A DNA stretch of 24,000 bases from Opitutales bacterium (GCA_007134215.1 SLLG01000074.1:23258-47257), one strand, 5' to 3'. Shown: positions 8,388 to 16,431, counted from the stretch's first letter. A program made the numbers and translations. The notes: generated from the letters alone by a model not told the origin.

Positions 8388-9608
8388 TTACGTGCTTCCC
8401 GCCGCCGCCCGCCACGCGCTACGGTAAAGCCCGTAGCTGAGGAGGGCCATGAGGGGCACGGCGACAATACCCGCACCCGGCACGATCTGTAGAGCGATGA
8501 GGAGAAGCAGCGCGATCTTGAGAAGGATTTTGAGGAGTAGGCTGCGCCCCGCCGGCAAATAGCCGATAAACGGTGCCACGAGCGCGATGCGGTAGTAGAT
8601 CACGCCGGGAATCAGCCCCAGCACCGGAACGAAGCTAAAGAGCGCGGAGATACCAAGCACCCTCGGCAAACGCGCCACAATACCGCTGTCGTAAGCCGCG
8701 ACAAAGGCAGCATCCGCGAAGGGCCGCCGACCGCAGGCGGAGCATTCCTGATCGGTGGCACGCTCCTTAAGCCGCGTCGCGCACCGCGGGCAGCGCTTCT
8801 TCTCCGCGAGGCGCAGGGCCGCCGCCGCGCGGTCCCCGGCGGGCCGGTCGAGCGCCTGGCCGAAAAACCCGATTGCCCGCGCCTCGTCGCGGGGAGCGTC
8901 GCACTCCGGGCAGTGCAACGCGCTCGGAAACACCGGCGCACCGCAGGCGGCGCAGGGGCGCTTTGTTTTTTCCTCCCGGCGCTCGTGCCATTTCGCCGTC
9001 GCCCACAACCCGGTCATCACGGCGACGATGAGGATCGCCATGCCCACAGGATACAGAAAGAGAAAGACCATCCCGATGCCCGCCCACACATCCTCGAACC
9101 AACTCAGGAGCGTGCGGATGCCGAGCACACCGTCCGGATCGGCCATCGCCACCAGCCCCATTACCCCGTTGCGCAGCGAAGCCAGCGTCCACACCACAGC
9201 CGCAAGGCACACGCTCAGCGCGGTATCGAAAAATCCCGCCTGCGCCACCGGGATCATATCCTCGATAAATTCAGCGTCGCCCGATTGGAGCACCCCCAGC
9301 ATAGTCAGCGCCGCCACCCCGCTCTTTGCCCACTTGTAGCCCGCCGCCATCCACTCGTCGAGATCCGGCGACTTGCTTGCCGCGATCTCGAGGAGAGCGA
9401 GCACTCCGAGCGCGAGGATCGTCCAGTTGCTCGTGAACCACGACGGCTCCCGCCCCGTCGCCTGCAGAAACTCCACCTCGCCGAGAAACGGCAGGCGGTC
9501 GCCGTAGCGCATCATCAGCGCCGTGAAAAAGGCTGGCAAAAACGCCCGCGCACTGAACAGCCCCGCCGCGCCGAGCGCGTAAAGAATCGCGTTGAGTTCC
9601 CATTCCAT
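8388..9608 (-). CDS. Polytopic membrane protein: DUF4126-like N-terminal domain + two zinc-ribbon motifs + C-terminal 3-helix membrane domain, 406 aa
   Basis: The track ORF starts at TTG 9704; I trimmed to ATG (plus cat 9606-9608), MEWELNAILYALGAAGLF. The DUF4126-like pattern is SARAFLPAFFTALMMRYG ... LALLEIAASKSPDLDEW. The soluble linker has CAACGAPVFPSALHCPEC (CxxC-x10-CxxC, aa 219-236) and CPRCATRLKERATDQECSAC (CxxC-x12-CxxC, aa 273-292). Hydrophobic helices span aa ~315-395. Confidence 0.7.
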   Translation of the reverse strand: MEWELNAILYALGAAGLFSARAFLPAFFTALMMRYGDRLPFLGEVEFLQATGREPSWFTSNWTILALGVLALLEIAASKSPDLDEWMAAGYKWAKSGVAALTMLGVLQSGDAEFIEDMIPVAQAGFFDTALSVCLAAVVWTLASLRNGVMGLVAMADPDGVLGIRTLLSWFEDVWAGIGMVFLFLYPVGMAILIVAVMTGLWATAKWHERREEKTKRPCAACGAPVFPSALHCPECDAPRDEARAIGFFGQALDRPAGDRAAAALRLAEKKRCPRCATRLKERATDQECSACGRRPFADAAFVAAYDSGIVARLPRVLGISALFSFVPVLGLIPGVIYYRIALVAPFIGYLPAGRSLLLKILLKIALLLLIALQIVPGAGIVAVPLMALLSYGLYRSAWRAAAGST

Positions 9609-9630
9609 AGTCGCTGCCTCCCGTTCCGCA

Positions 9631-9652
9631 GGCCGGCGAAAACCGCCCGGCC
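9631..9652 (-). other. GC-rich hairpin in the 129-nt gap between the extended-Hcp gene and the membrane-protein gene
   Basis: The plus strand reads ggccggcg-aaaa-ccgcccggcc: a 6 bp perfect stem plus 2 further pairs across a one-base bulge. On the minus-strand RNA the U-run sits in the loop, not after the stem, so it is not a canonical intrinsic terminator. Function is unknown. Confidence 0.3.
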
Positions 9653-9737
9653 CAATGACATGCGTGAAATCAACCCCCGTAACCGGGACAGCGCAACGCA
9701 ACAATATTCCTGCGGAGAACAGCGACGCTACACCGTT

Positions 9738-11018
9738 CTATTCGCCGCCGGAAACACGCACCTCGAAACGGAGGAAGATCGGTTCCGTGTCTTCCGTCGT
9801 GACGGCCGCCTCCACGCGCTCGAAGAACGGATTGTCCGTTTCGCGCACCGTCTCCTCATAGAGCGGGTTCTCTCGTCCGAGCGAAAACCACGATTGAAGG
9901 TCCGCCGATCCCCAGAGTCGGCCGTAGACATTCGGTTCGTCGACACGGCGCTCGTAGCTGAGGCGAAGGACGCGCGCTCCGTCACCGCCGGCCGCGTACC
10001 CACCGTCTTGGAGGCGGATCGGAGGCGCATTGGATTCGCGCGGATTCAACCCGAAAAAGAATGCCATGACAATAGGCAATCCGTCGCCAGACGCGTCGTG
10101 CAGCGGAGAAGACAGCCGGGGGTCTTCATCGAGTTGTTCCTGCGAAAAGTAGGCTTGGAGAAATCCTTCGTACGGCGTGCGGTCACCGCCGACAACGACG
10201 AGAAACGACATCGACCGCGTACCCTCCCCGTCTGTGAGGTCGACACGGACGGGCGCGGAGACATCCGAGAGCAGCGGAGACACCGTCAAACGGAGCGTCC
10301 AGGCGGTGCCCGCTCCGTCCAGCGAGACCTCCGGAAACCGCGCCGGGTCCGCCTCCACAGAGACCGAAAACGCATGATCTTCCGAAGGCAAATCAATGAT
10401 CGTAAGCGGAACGGTGAGGCGCTCGCCTGGCACGGCGGCCTGATGCGCGACCTGACGGACGGACGGCAACGGATCGGGCGGGGCGTCACTCTCCAGAATG
10501 CCACCGGTCTGTGCGGGGATGTCCCAGTAGGCTCCCGCTGTGAATCGCGGTATTCCGTCGGGGCCGGGAGAGCGGTAGAGCCAGTCCGCGCGCGCGAAGT
10601 GCAACCCGACCGACTCCGCAGCCTCGTCTTCCAGCGTACCCACGAGGTCCAAACTACGCACCATCACGTCCCGCAATCTGTATTCGAAGTACACATACGG
10701 ACCGTCGGGGCCGGCACGCCGCAACTCGAGGACGGCCTCCGGAAAGATGGCTCCGGTCGCGACCGCACGCGCGAAAAGCGGTGAAGCGGAGTCAACCGCC
10801 TTTCCGATGACCAAGTCGGAAAACGCTGCCGGACCGTCCAACGCATCGCGCACGAGGCCGGAAGAAACGGCACTGACGTCGATCCATCCCTCCCGGCCTG
10901 TTTCGGCGTGGTCGCCCTCAATCGAGTCGATCCGGAGCAGAAGGGAGTCCGGCGCGGCGAATGCCGACGCCGCGCAGAGAAACGCCGCGAACAACCGCAT
11001 GTGGAAGCGGATTGCCAT
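9738..11018 (-). CDS. Signal-peptide-bearing Hcp-fold protein with a ~250-aa C-terminal extension (Ig-like beta-sandwich + uncharacterised tail), 426 aa
   Basis: ATG at 11016-11018 lies 7 nt downstream of the preceding stop. The leader is MAIRFHMRLFAAFLCAASAFA/APDS (AxA-type site). The Hcp-like core spans aa ~25-172: LLLRIDSIEGDHAETGREGWIDVSAVSSG, GKAVDSASPLFARAVATG, VLELRR, YFEYRLRDVMVRSL, VGLHFARADWLYR, YWDI. No in-frame ATG lies between the leader and the core. Confidence 0.75.
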   Translation of the reverse strand: MAIRFHMRLFAAFLCAASAFAAPDSLLLRIDSIEGDHAETGREGWIDVSAVSSGLVRDALDGPAAFSDLVIGKAVDSASPLFARAVATGAIFPEAVLELRRAGPDGPYVYFEYRLRDVMVRSLDLVGTLEDEAAESVGLHFARADWLYRSPGPDGIPRFTAGAYWDIPAQTGGILESDAPPDPLPSVRQVAHQAAVPGERLTVPLTIIDLPSEDHAFSVSVEADPARFPEVSLDGAGTAWTLRLTVSPLLSDVSAPVRVDLTDGEGTRSMSFLVVVGGDRTPYEGFLQAYFSQEQLDEDPRLSSPLHDASGDGLPIVMAFFFGLNPRESNAPPIRLQDGGYAAGGDGARVLRLSYERRVDEPNVYGRLWGSADLQSWFSLGRENPLYEETVRETDNPFFERVEAAVTTEDTEPIFLRFEVRVSGGE

Positions 11019-11025
11019 GGCCGGC

Positions 11026-11598
11026 CTACACTTCCTCGTTCTTCTGGATGTCCCACCCCACGGGAACTGGCGCTCCGGCGCTACCGTCGTCCTCCGTCGG
11101 CTTGTAGGTGTACGTGAACCGCGCGAAATTCAGGGTGATCGTCTCTTCGGGTATCTCCGTCCGGGACCCGCTTGTTTGATAGGAGGTGACGATGACGTTC
11201 TCGAACTCGAAGACAAGATACGGCACCCTCTCGCCTGCGGCACTCTCTCGATAAACAGTCAATTTCGCCGAGGGGGCGTGCAATCCCGAAGCAGTACGTA
11301 ACGCCAATTTCGGCGATGCCTTGTCCGTTCGCTTTGTAATGGTAAAATCAGAAACGCTCACCTTGCCCGAACCGCCGCCTGTGGCGGTGTGGGTCGTGCC
11401 GGAGTTCCGCAGGCCCCACGACCACGAAAAGACTTCAATCTCATCGCGGTGGGCCTTGTCCTTCGACTCACCTTCGATGCCCTCGAACTTGAGAAAAGCG
11501 GCACCCTGCATCGGGACAGCGACCGCCAGACTCAAGGCCAAGAGCGGGAGAATCCGGACGATCCAGGCAGGCCGGTATGATAGGATCATTAGCTTCAT
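11026..11598 (-). CDS. hcp: Hcp1-family protein (T6SS tube-protein fold), 190 aa as drawn with a putative N-terminal Sec signal peptide; alternative leaderless start at 11511 (161 aa)
   Basis: A by-eye alignment with canonical Hcp1 runs over the whole length: AAFLKFEGIEGESKDKAHRDEIEVFSWSWG, GGGSGKVSVSDFTITKRTDKASPKL, AKLTVYR, YLVFEFENVIVTSY, ETITLNFARFTYTYKP, VGWDIQKN. The upstream 29 codons from ATG 11598 encode MKLMILSYRPAWIVRILPLLALSLAVAVP. An internal ATG (plus cat 11509-11511) would give MQGAAFLKF..., colinear with leaderless Hcp1. Confidence 0.85.
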   Translation of the reverse strand: MKLMILSYRPAWIVRILPLLALSLAVAVPMQGAAFLKFEGIEGESKDKAHRDEIEVFSWSWGLRNSGTTHTATGGGSGKVSVSDFTITKRTDKASPKLALRTASGLHAPSAKLTVYRESAAGERVPYLVFEFENVIVTSYQTSGSRTEIPEETITLNFARFTYTYKPTEDDGSAGAPVPVGWDIQKNEEV

Positions 11599-11607
11599 AA
11601 TGAAGCT
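11591..11607. repeat. 17-nt perfect palindrome (agcttcat-a-atgaagct) overlapping the upstream ATG of the hcp-like gene
   Basis: Read directly: 11591-11598 agcttcat, 11599 a, 11600-11607 atgaagct. On the minus-strand mRNA it can form a 7-bp stem with a 3-nt loop that includes the AUG at 11598. Alternatively it is a dyad operator. Confidence 0.4.
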
Positions 11608-11723
11608 GGATTAGCCCTTCGAATGCCCCGCGTCAAGAAAATCCCTGTTCGCCCCCAACGGGGATCAATAAACCGGAGAAACGCACGTGCCGTCCGCTTC
11701 TTTCACTGGCGCGGCGAAGTCCT

Positions 11724-12443
11724 TTAGAACGTGATTTCGCGGAACCAGATGTTGCGGAAGCCGACGAGGTCGCCGTGGTCCTGGAGCGAAAGCGGCAGCT
11801 TGGGCGGGTGCGGCTCGTAGGCGGCGAGCACCTTGTGCTGCGTGGGCCCTTGCAGGACGCGCGCGTGCTGCTGCACAACGCCGTTGAGCAAAACGGTAAC
11901 AACGGCGGGTGAGACAAGACTGCCGTCATTGAACACCGGCCCCTTCCAGATGATGTCGAAGACATTCCATTCGCCGGGCGGGAGGATCGGGTTGGCGAGC
12001 GGCGGGTACTGACCATAGACCGCGCCCACCGTGCCGTCGGCGTAGGTCGGGTTGTCGTAGTTGTCCAATACCTGGATCTCGTAGAGTCCCATGAGAAAGA
12101 TACCGCTGTTGCCGCGCCCCTGGCTTTTCCCCTTGATGATCTCCGGACTGCGGAATTCGACATGCAACTGGCCGTCGCCAAGCTCGCGGGTTGTGCGGAT
12201 GTCCCCTGTTCCGGGCACGACGGTCATGGTGCCGTCTTCGACCTTCCATTGCGCGGGCTCGCCGGTCTTCTTGTTCACCCAGCCGTCGAGCGAGCCGCCG
12301 CCGAAGAGGCGGACGGCATCGGAGGGGACGGGCGGATTCCCCTCGAAGCGGACGACGGGCGGCTGCGGGCGCGACTCATCGTGCACGCGGTAGCCGGAAT
12401 CGGGGAGAACGGGATTGTCGTTGGTGTCGGGCGGGTTGCTCAT
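11724..12443 (-). CDS. DUF1080 / 3-keto-disaccharide hydrolase-family protein, 239 aa
   Basis: ATG (plus cat 12441-12443). Family patterns are present: SLDGWVNKK, WKVEDGTMTV, GNSGIFLMGLYEIQVLDNYDNPTYADGTVGAVYG, EWNVFDIIW, LLNGVVQQ, LSLQDHGDLVGFRNIWFREI. Confidence 0.85.
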   Translation of the reverse strand: MSNPPDTNDNPVLPDSGYRVHDESRPQPPVVRFEGNPPVPSDAVRLFGGGSLDGWVNKKTGEPAQWKVEDGTMTVVPGTGDIRTTRELGDGQLHVEFRSPEIIKGKSQGRGNSGIFLMGLYEIQVLDNYDNPTYADGTVGAVYGQYPPLANPILPPGEWNVFDIIWKGPVFNDGSLVSPAVVTVLLNGVVQQHARVLQGPTQHKVLAAYEPHPPKLPLSLQDHGDLVGFRNIWFREITF

Positions 12444-12493
12444 TTTTCGGACTTCTTTCAGTTTATTTTTCGATCATCAGATAAAGTCTGCGG

Positions 12494-13558
12494 TCATAAG
12501 TATTGCAAAGCCTTGCCGACGAACTCCTCGACGACCACCTCGCGGCCGAGGCGAGCGCTCTCGTAAAGACAGTCGAGCACAATTTGCAGCCGTATGCCGT
12601 CTTCCGCAGAGGAGAGGTAGGGCTTTCCGGTGACAAGGCTCTCGATAAGCGCCTCGTAGGAGGTGGTGTCGCGGCCGGGCTGGACGAGGATGGAATTGAA
12701 GGCATGCCCCGCGATGTCGTGGCAGTAGTGCAGGGTGTAGTCGCCGTGCAGGCCGGGGCCGCCTTCGATGCTTCCCTTTTCGCCGAGGAGGCGGAGCGCC
12801 TGCTGTTCCTTGCGCACCTGAAAACCCGTCCACGACACCTCGAAGAGGATGGAGGCGCCGTTGTCCGTTCGGATAAAGCCGGAGGCGAGGTCCTCGACGT
12901 CAAAGGCCTTGCCCTGCGCCTTGCCGAGCGCGGAGCCGAGGCGGTGGTGCGTCGTGCCGCTGACGGTGACCGGCTTTACGCCGCCCATGAGCCAGAGCAC
13001 GAAATCCAGACGGTGCACACCGAGGTCGATGAGCGGGCCGCCCCCGGACATCTTCTTCTGGCCGAACCAGCCCCCGAAGCGCGGGATGCCGTCGCGGCGC
13101 GTCCACTGGCAGTAGGCGTGGTAGATGTCGCCGAGCCGCCCTTCGTCGACGAGCCCGCGTGCGGTGCGGGCAAACTCGCTGAACCGCTGGGAAAAGTTGA
13201 TGTAGAGCCGCTTACCCGAGGATTCCGCCTTGTCACGCATGCGCAGGGCGGATTCGACATTGAGACTCATCGGCTTTTCACAAAGGACGTTCGCCCCGGC
13301 ATCCAGCGCGGCGCAGGTGACTTCTTCATGAAGAAAATTGGGTACGGCCACGGACACAAGGTCGGGCTTTTCGGCGCGGAGCATTTCGCGGTAATCGGTG
13401 TAGGTGCGTACGCCCGGCACCAATTCCTTGATCTCGCCGAACCGGCTTTCATCCAGATCGACAACGGCCGCAACGTCAGCGGACGGATGGTTGAGATAGC
13501 CCTTGATATGGAACCTGCCCATACCGAGGCCTACGACGGCTGTCTTGATTGTGCTCAT
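12494..13558 (-). CDS. Gfo/Idh/MocA-family NAD(P)-dependent oxidoreductase, 354 aa
   Basis: The track ORF starts at TTG 13630; I trimmed to ATG (plus cat 13556-13558). MSTIKTAVVGLGMGRFHIKGY is a Rossmann GxGxxG, followed by PDLVSVAVPNFLHEEVTCAALDAGANVLCEKP (the family EKP motif). Confidence 0.9.
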   Translation of the reverse strand: MSTIKTAVVGLGMGRFHIKGYLNHPSADVAAVVDLDESRFGEIKELVPGVRTYTDYREMLRAEKPDLVSVAVPNFLHEEVTCAALDAGANVLCEKPMSLNVESALRMRDKAESSGKRLYINFSQRFSEFARTARGLVDEGRLGDIYHAYCQWTRRDGIPRFGGWFGQKKMSGGGPLIDLGVHRLDFVLWLMGGVKPVTVSGTTHHRLGSALGKAQGKAFDVEDLASGFIRTDNGASILFEVSWTGFQVRKEQQALRLLGEKGSIEGGPGLHGDYTLHYCHDIAGHAFNSILVQPGRDTTSYEALIESLVTGKPYLSSAEDGIRLQIVLDCLYESARLGREVVVEEFVGKALQYL

Positions 13559-13633
13559 TGGCTCTGGGGAAAACGTGGATAGGAATCTGCGACGATCAAC
13601 ACCCGGAGCGGTTAACCCGTCAACCCGCAAAGA

Positions 13634-15019
13634 TCAAAAATCCACATTGCCGGGGGTGCGCGCAAAGGGAATGACGTCGCGGATGTTGCCCACGCCGGTC
13701 AGGAACATAAGCATCCGCTCGAAGCCGAGCCCGAAACCGGCGTGCGGCACAGACCCGTAGCGGCGCAACTCGCGGTACCACCAATAATCCGCCGGATCGA
13801 GTCCGTGCGTGGCGATACCCGCGTCGAGCACATCAAGCCGCTCCTCGCGCTGGCTCCCGCCGATGATCTCCCCGATGCCGGGCACGAGCACATCCATCGC
13901 CGCGACGGTGCGCCCGTCGTCATTGGCGCGCATGTAGAACGGCTTGATCGATTTCGGATAATCAAATACGCTCACCGGGCACTGGCAGTGCTTTTCCGTG
14001 AGAAAACGCTCGTGCTCACTTTGCAGGCTCGCGCCCCACTCCACCGGATAGGTGAAGGCCTCGCCCGAGCTCTTCAGGATGTCCACCGCCTCCGTGTAGG
14101 GCAGGCGCCGAAACGGGCGGTCGAGGACGAAATGCAGCCTCTCAAGGAGCCCCTTGTCGACGAACTGATCGAAGAAGGCGAGGTCGTCGCCGGAGTGGTC
14201 GAGCGTATCCTGAATGAGCTCTTTGATGAAGGACTCGGCGAGATCCATGTCGCCGTGCAGGTCGCAGAACGCCATCTCCGGCTCGATCATCCAGAACTCG
14301 CTCGCATGCCGCGATGTATTGGAATTTTCCGCGCGAAAGGTGGGGCCGAAGGTGTAGACGTTGCTGTGCGAACAAGCGAAGATTTCCGCTTCGAGCTGTC
14401 CGCTCACCGTGAGGTAGGCGGGCCGTTCGAAGAAGTCTTCGCGGTAATCCACCTTGCCGTCCTCCGTGCGCGGCGGATCAGCGGGATCGAGGGTCGACAC
14501 GCGGAACATTTCGCCCGCGCCCTCGCAGTCGCTCGCCGTAATGATGGGCGTGTGCACATACAGAAAGCCGCGCTCCTGGAAGAACCGGTGCACGGCGAAG
14601 GACAACCGGCTGCGCATACGGAAGACGGCCCCGAACAGGTTGGAACGCGGCCGCAGGTGGGCGATTTCACGCAAGTATTCGAGGCTGTGCCGCTTTTTCT
14701 GCAACGGATAGCTGTCGTCCGCCGCCCCCACCAGCACCAGCGCCGCGGCGCGCAGCTCCCATGCCTGCCCCTTGCCCTGCGAGGCAACCAGTTCGCCCGT
14801 CGCCTCCACCGCGCTGCCCGTCGTGTATTCCGCTATGCGGCCGAATTGCGGGCAGTCCGCATTGACAATCACTTGGAGATTCGCGCGGCATGAGCCGTCG
14901 TTGACTTCGAGAAAGGAAAACCCTTTCGCGTCGCGCCGCGTGCGGATCCAGCCCTGCACCTTCATCCGAGGCACCGTGGACGGCGCGCCGAGGGCATCTT
15001 TGACCATTGTTCGTTGCAT
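13634..15019 (-). CDS. asnS: Asparagine--tRNA ligase, 461 aa
   Basis: ORF 13634..15514(-) trimmed to ATG (plus cat 15017-15019), [10 protein letters not shown]; another ATG lies at 15007. [25 protein letters not shown] is an OB-fold N-terminus. The class II core has [24 protein letters not shown] and [41 protein letters not shown]. The 165 upstream codons are Arg/Pro/Gly/His-rich over-extension. Confidence 0.92.
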   Translation of the reverse strand: MQRTMVKDALGAPSTVPRMKVQGWIRTRRDAKGFSFLEVNDGSCRANLQVIVNADCPQFGRIAEYTTGSAVEATGELVASQGKGQAWELRAAALVLVGAADDSYPLQKKRHSLEYLREIAHLRPRSNLFGAVFRMRSRLSFAVHRFFQERGFLYVHTPIITASDCEGAGEMFRVSTLDPADPPRTEDGKVDYREDFFERPAYLTVSGQLEAEIFACSHSNVYTFGPTFRAENSNTSRHASEFWMIEPEMAFCDLHGDMDLAESFIKELIQDTLDHSGDDLAFFDQFVDKGLLERLHFVLDRPFRRLPYTEAVDILKSSGEAFTYPVEWGASLQSEHERFLTEKHCQCPVSVFDYPKSIKPFYMRANDDGRTVAAMDVLVPGIGEIIGGSQREERLDVLDAGIATHGLDPADYWWYRELRRYGSVPHAGFGLGFERMLMFLTGVGNIRDVIPFARTPGNVDF

Positions 15020-15096
15020 AGTGCGCAAGGAAAGTCCGCCATCCCGTAAGTGCAAGCGCGCTTGCACATCGCCCCCCGCGACCGGATTGCCGACGC

Positions 15097-16053
15097 CTAC
15101 TTCAGAGCAGGCGACCTGACGCCCTGCAGGAGCCGGTAAAGCGCGGAGAGGCGCGGCATGGAAACGCACGCTGCCTCGCCCAGGCGCAGGGGCTCGCCGA
15201 AAATCGCCTCGACTTCGACCTCCTTGCCTTCGAGGAAGTCGACGAGCGAAGACGGCCGGTACGGCTTCATGCGGTCGGTGAATTCGAGGAGTTTGTCGGT
15301 GTATTCCGCCTCGATGGGATGGCCGAGCTTGCCCGCCGCCGTGCGGAGTTCCTCCATCAGCTCGCGCGCGTAGGTGCGGAGCGCTGGCGTGTTGACCACG
15401 TAATCCGTCGACACCCCGCCGGCGAGGATGGTGAGCCCGTTGAAGGGCACGTTCCACATAAGTTTGCGCCAGGTGGCCTCGCCGAGGGAGGGCAAGGTCT
15501 TCGTCCGGATACACGCACGATCGAAAAGGGCAGCCACTGCTTCAACCAGATCGCCGCCGGCCTCGTCGAGCGCCGCCAGCTGCACAAAGCCGCCGCCGGG
15601 AATGTAGTTGCGGATGACGCCCGGCGCGACACGGTTGACCCCGATCTGGCACAAGCCGCCGATCACAGGATTGTCCGGAAAGTGGCGGCGGAGAAACTCC
15701 GCGTTGCCCAGCCCGTTTTGCAGGGTGAGCAATACGGTCTGCGGGCGCATGAGCGGTCCGAGCGTCGAGGGCAGACAGGCGTTCTGCGTCGTCTTCAAGG
15801 CGATGAGGACGAGGTCGGACGGGCCGATGGCCGCCGTCGATCCGTGTGCCTCCGGCCGCGTGACCTTGTGCACGGTGCCGTCCTCCATCTCCAGCCGCAG
15901 CCCGCCGTAGCGCACGGCGGAAAGGTCGCTGCGCATCAGGAAACGCACACGGAAACCGGCCAGCGCAAAGCGCACGCCGAAGTAACCGCCGAGCGCGCCC
16001 GCGCCGACTATCGCGATAGTGGGATTCGTGGGTAACGTTGCTTTTGAACTCAT
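15097..16053 (-). CDS. panE: 2-dehydropantoate 2-reductase (ketopantoate reductase, ApbA/PanE family), 318 aa
   Basis: The track start at 16083 is TTG; ATG is at 16051-16053 ([11 protein letters not shown]). [24 protein letters not shown] is a Rossmann motif. The middle reads LKTTQN ... LQNGLGN, and the C-terminal region is ApbA_C-like ([23 protein letters not shown]). Confidence 0.8.
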   Translation of the reverse strand: MSSKATLPTNPTIAIVGAGALGGYFGVRFALAGFRVRFLMRSDLSAVRYGGLRLEMEDGTVHKVTRPEAHGSTAAIGPSDLVLIALKTTQNACLPSTLGPLMRPQTVLLTLQNGLGNAEFLRRHFPDNPVIGGLCQIGVNRVAPGVIRNYIPGGGFVQLAALDEAGGDLVEAVAALFDRACIRTKTLPSLGEATWRKLMWNVPFNGLTILAGGVSTDYVVNTPALRTYARELMEELRTAAGKLGHPIEAEYTDKLLEFTDRMKPYRPSSLVDFLEGKEVEVEAIFGEPLRLGEAACVSMPRLSALYRLLQGVRSPALK

Positions 16054-16431
16054 CCGATCAAGCCGCGATTCCAAAGAAGACAAACGATGATGGCAAGCCT
16101 GTCCCTAAGCGAATGCTCCGCGGCAATCGCTTCAGCGGTAGACATCCGCCCGCCGGACGCGGCACCGCTGCGGCATCCCGTCTCGACCGGTCACCGGAAA
16201 GCTGTTACGGACCCACCGCCGCCGACTTTCCTCCCACGCGCGGACGGCGGGCACGACAGAGTTCCCCCCACGCCCCCAACCGCGGATCCGCGACAAAGCG
16301 GTCCTTTGCCTCCCCGTCGCCAAGCAGTCGGCCCTTGTTCACTTGTTCGCACACCGGCCGCAACAGTGGCAGTGGCAATGCGCCACTCGTACGCGGGCGC
16401 ACGCAGAGCCCCCGGATTTTTCTGCAAGCCT

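Noticed and set aside
8913-10784. 623-aa plus-strand ORF
   Set aside because: It is antisense to the DUF4126-ZnR and extended-Hcp genes. The product is Arg/His/Pro-rich and implausible. The minus-strand products have clear family patterns.
13559-13630. Twin-arginine-like RRRFL in the upstream extension of the Gfo/Idh/MocA ORF (possible Tat signal)
   Set aside because: No hydrophobic h-region follows: STFSPEP runs straight into the Rossmann GxGxxG. The extension also starts at TTG. At most it is a vestigial Tat leader, so I call the ATG at 13558.
15020-15514. 165-codon N-terminal extension of the asnS ORF; similar extensions exist on murJ (1581-1763), the Gfo oxidoreductase, panE, the DUF4126 protein, the TPR protein and LOG
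   Set aside because: The extensions are Arg/Pro/Gly-rich or begin at TTG/GTG, as checked in the sequence. Family-typical N-termini begin at internal ATGs.
16360-16430. Cobalamin-riboswitch-like elements on the minus strand (AAATCC ... CCCGC ... GCCACTG, duplicated GCCACT)
   Set aside because: The spacing between CCCGC and CACTG is wrong. The upstream GGGAA/GGTG part of the consensus would fall in the AT-rich promoter region and is absent. panE/asnS are also not expected B12-regulated genes.
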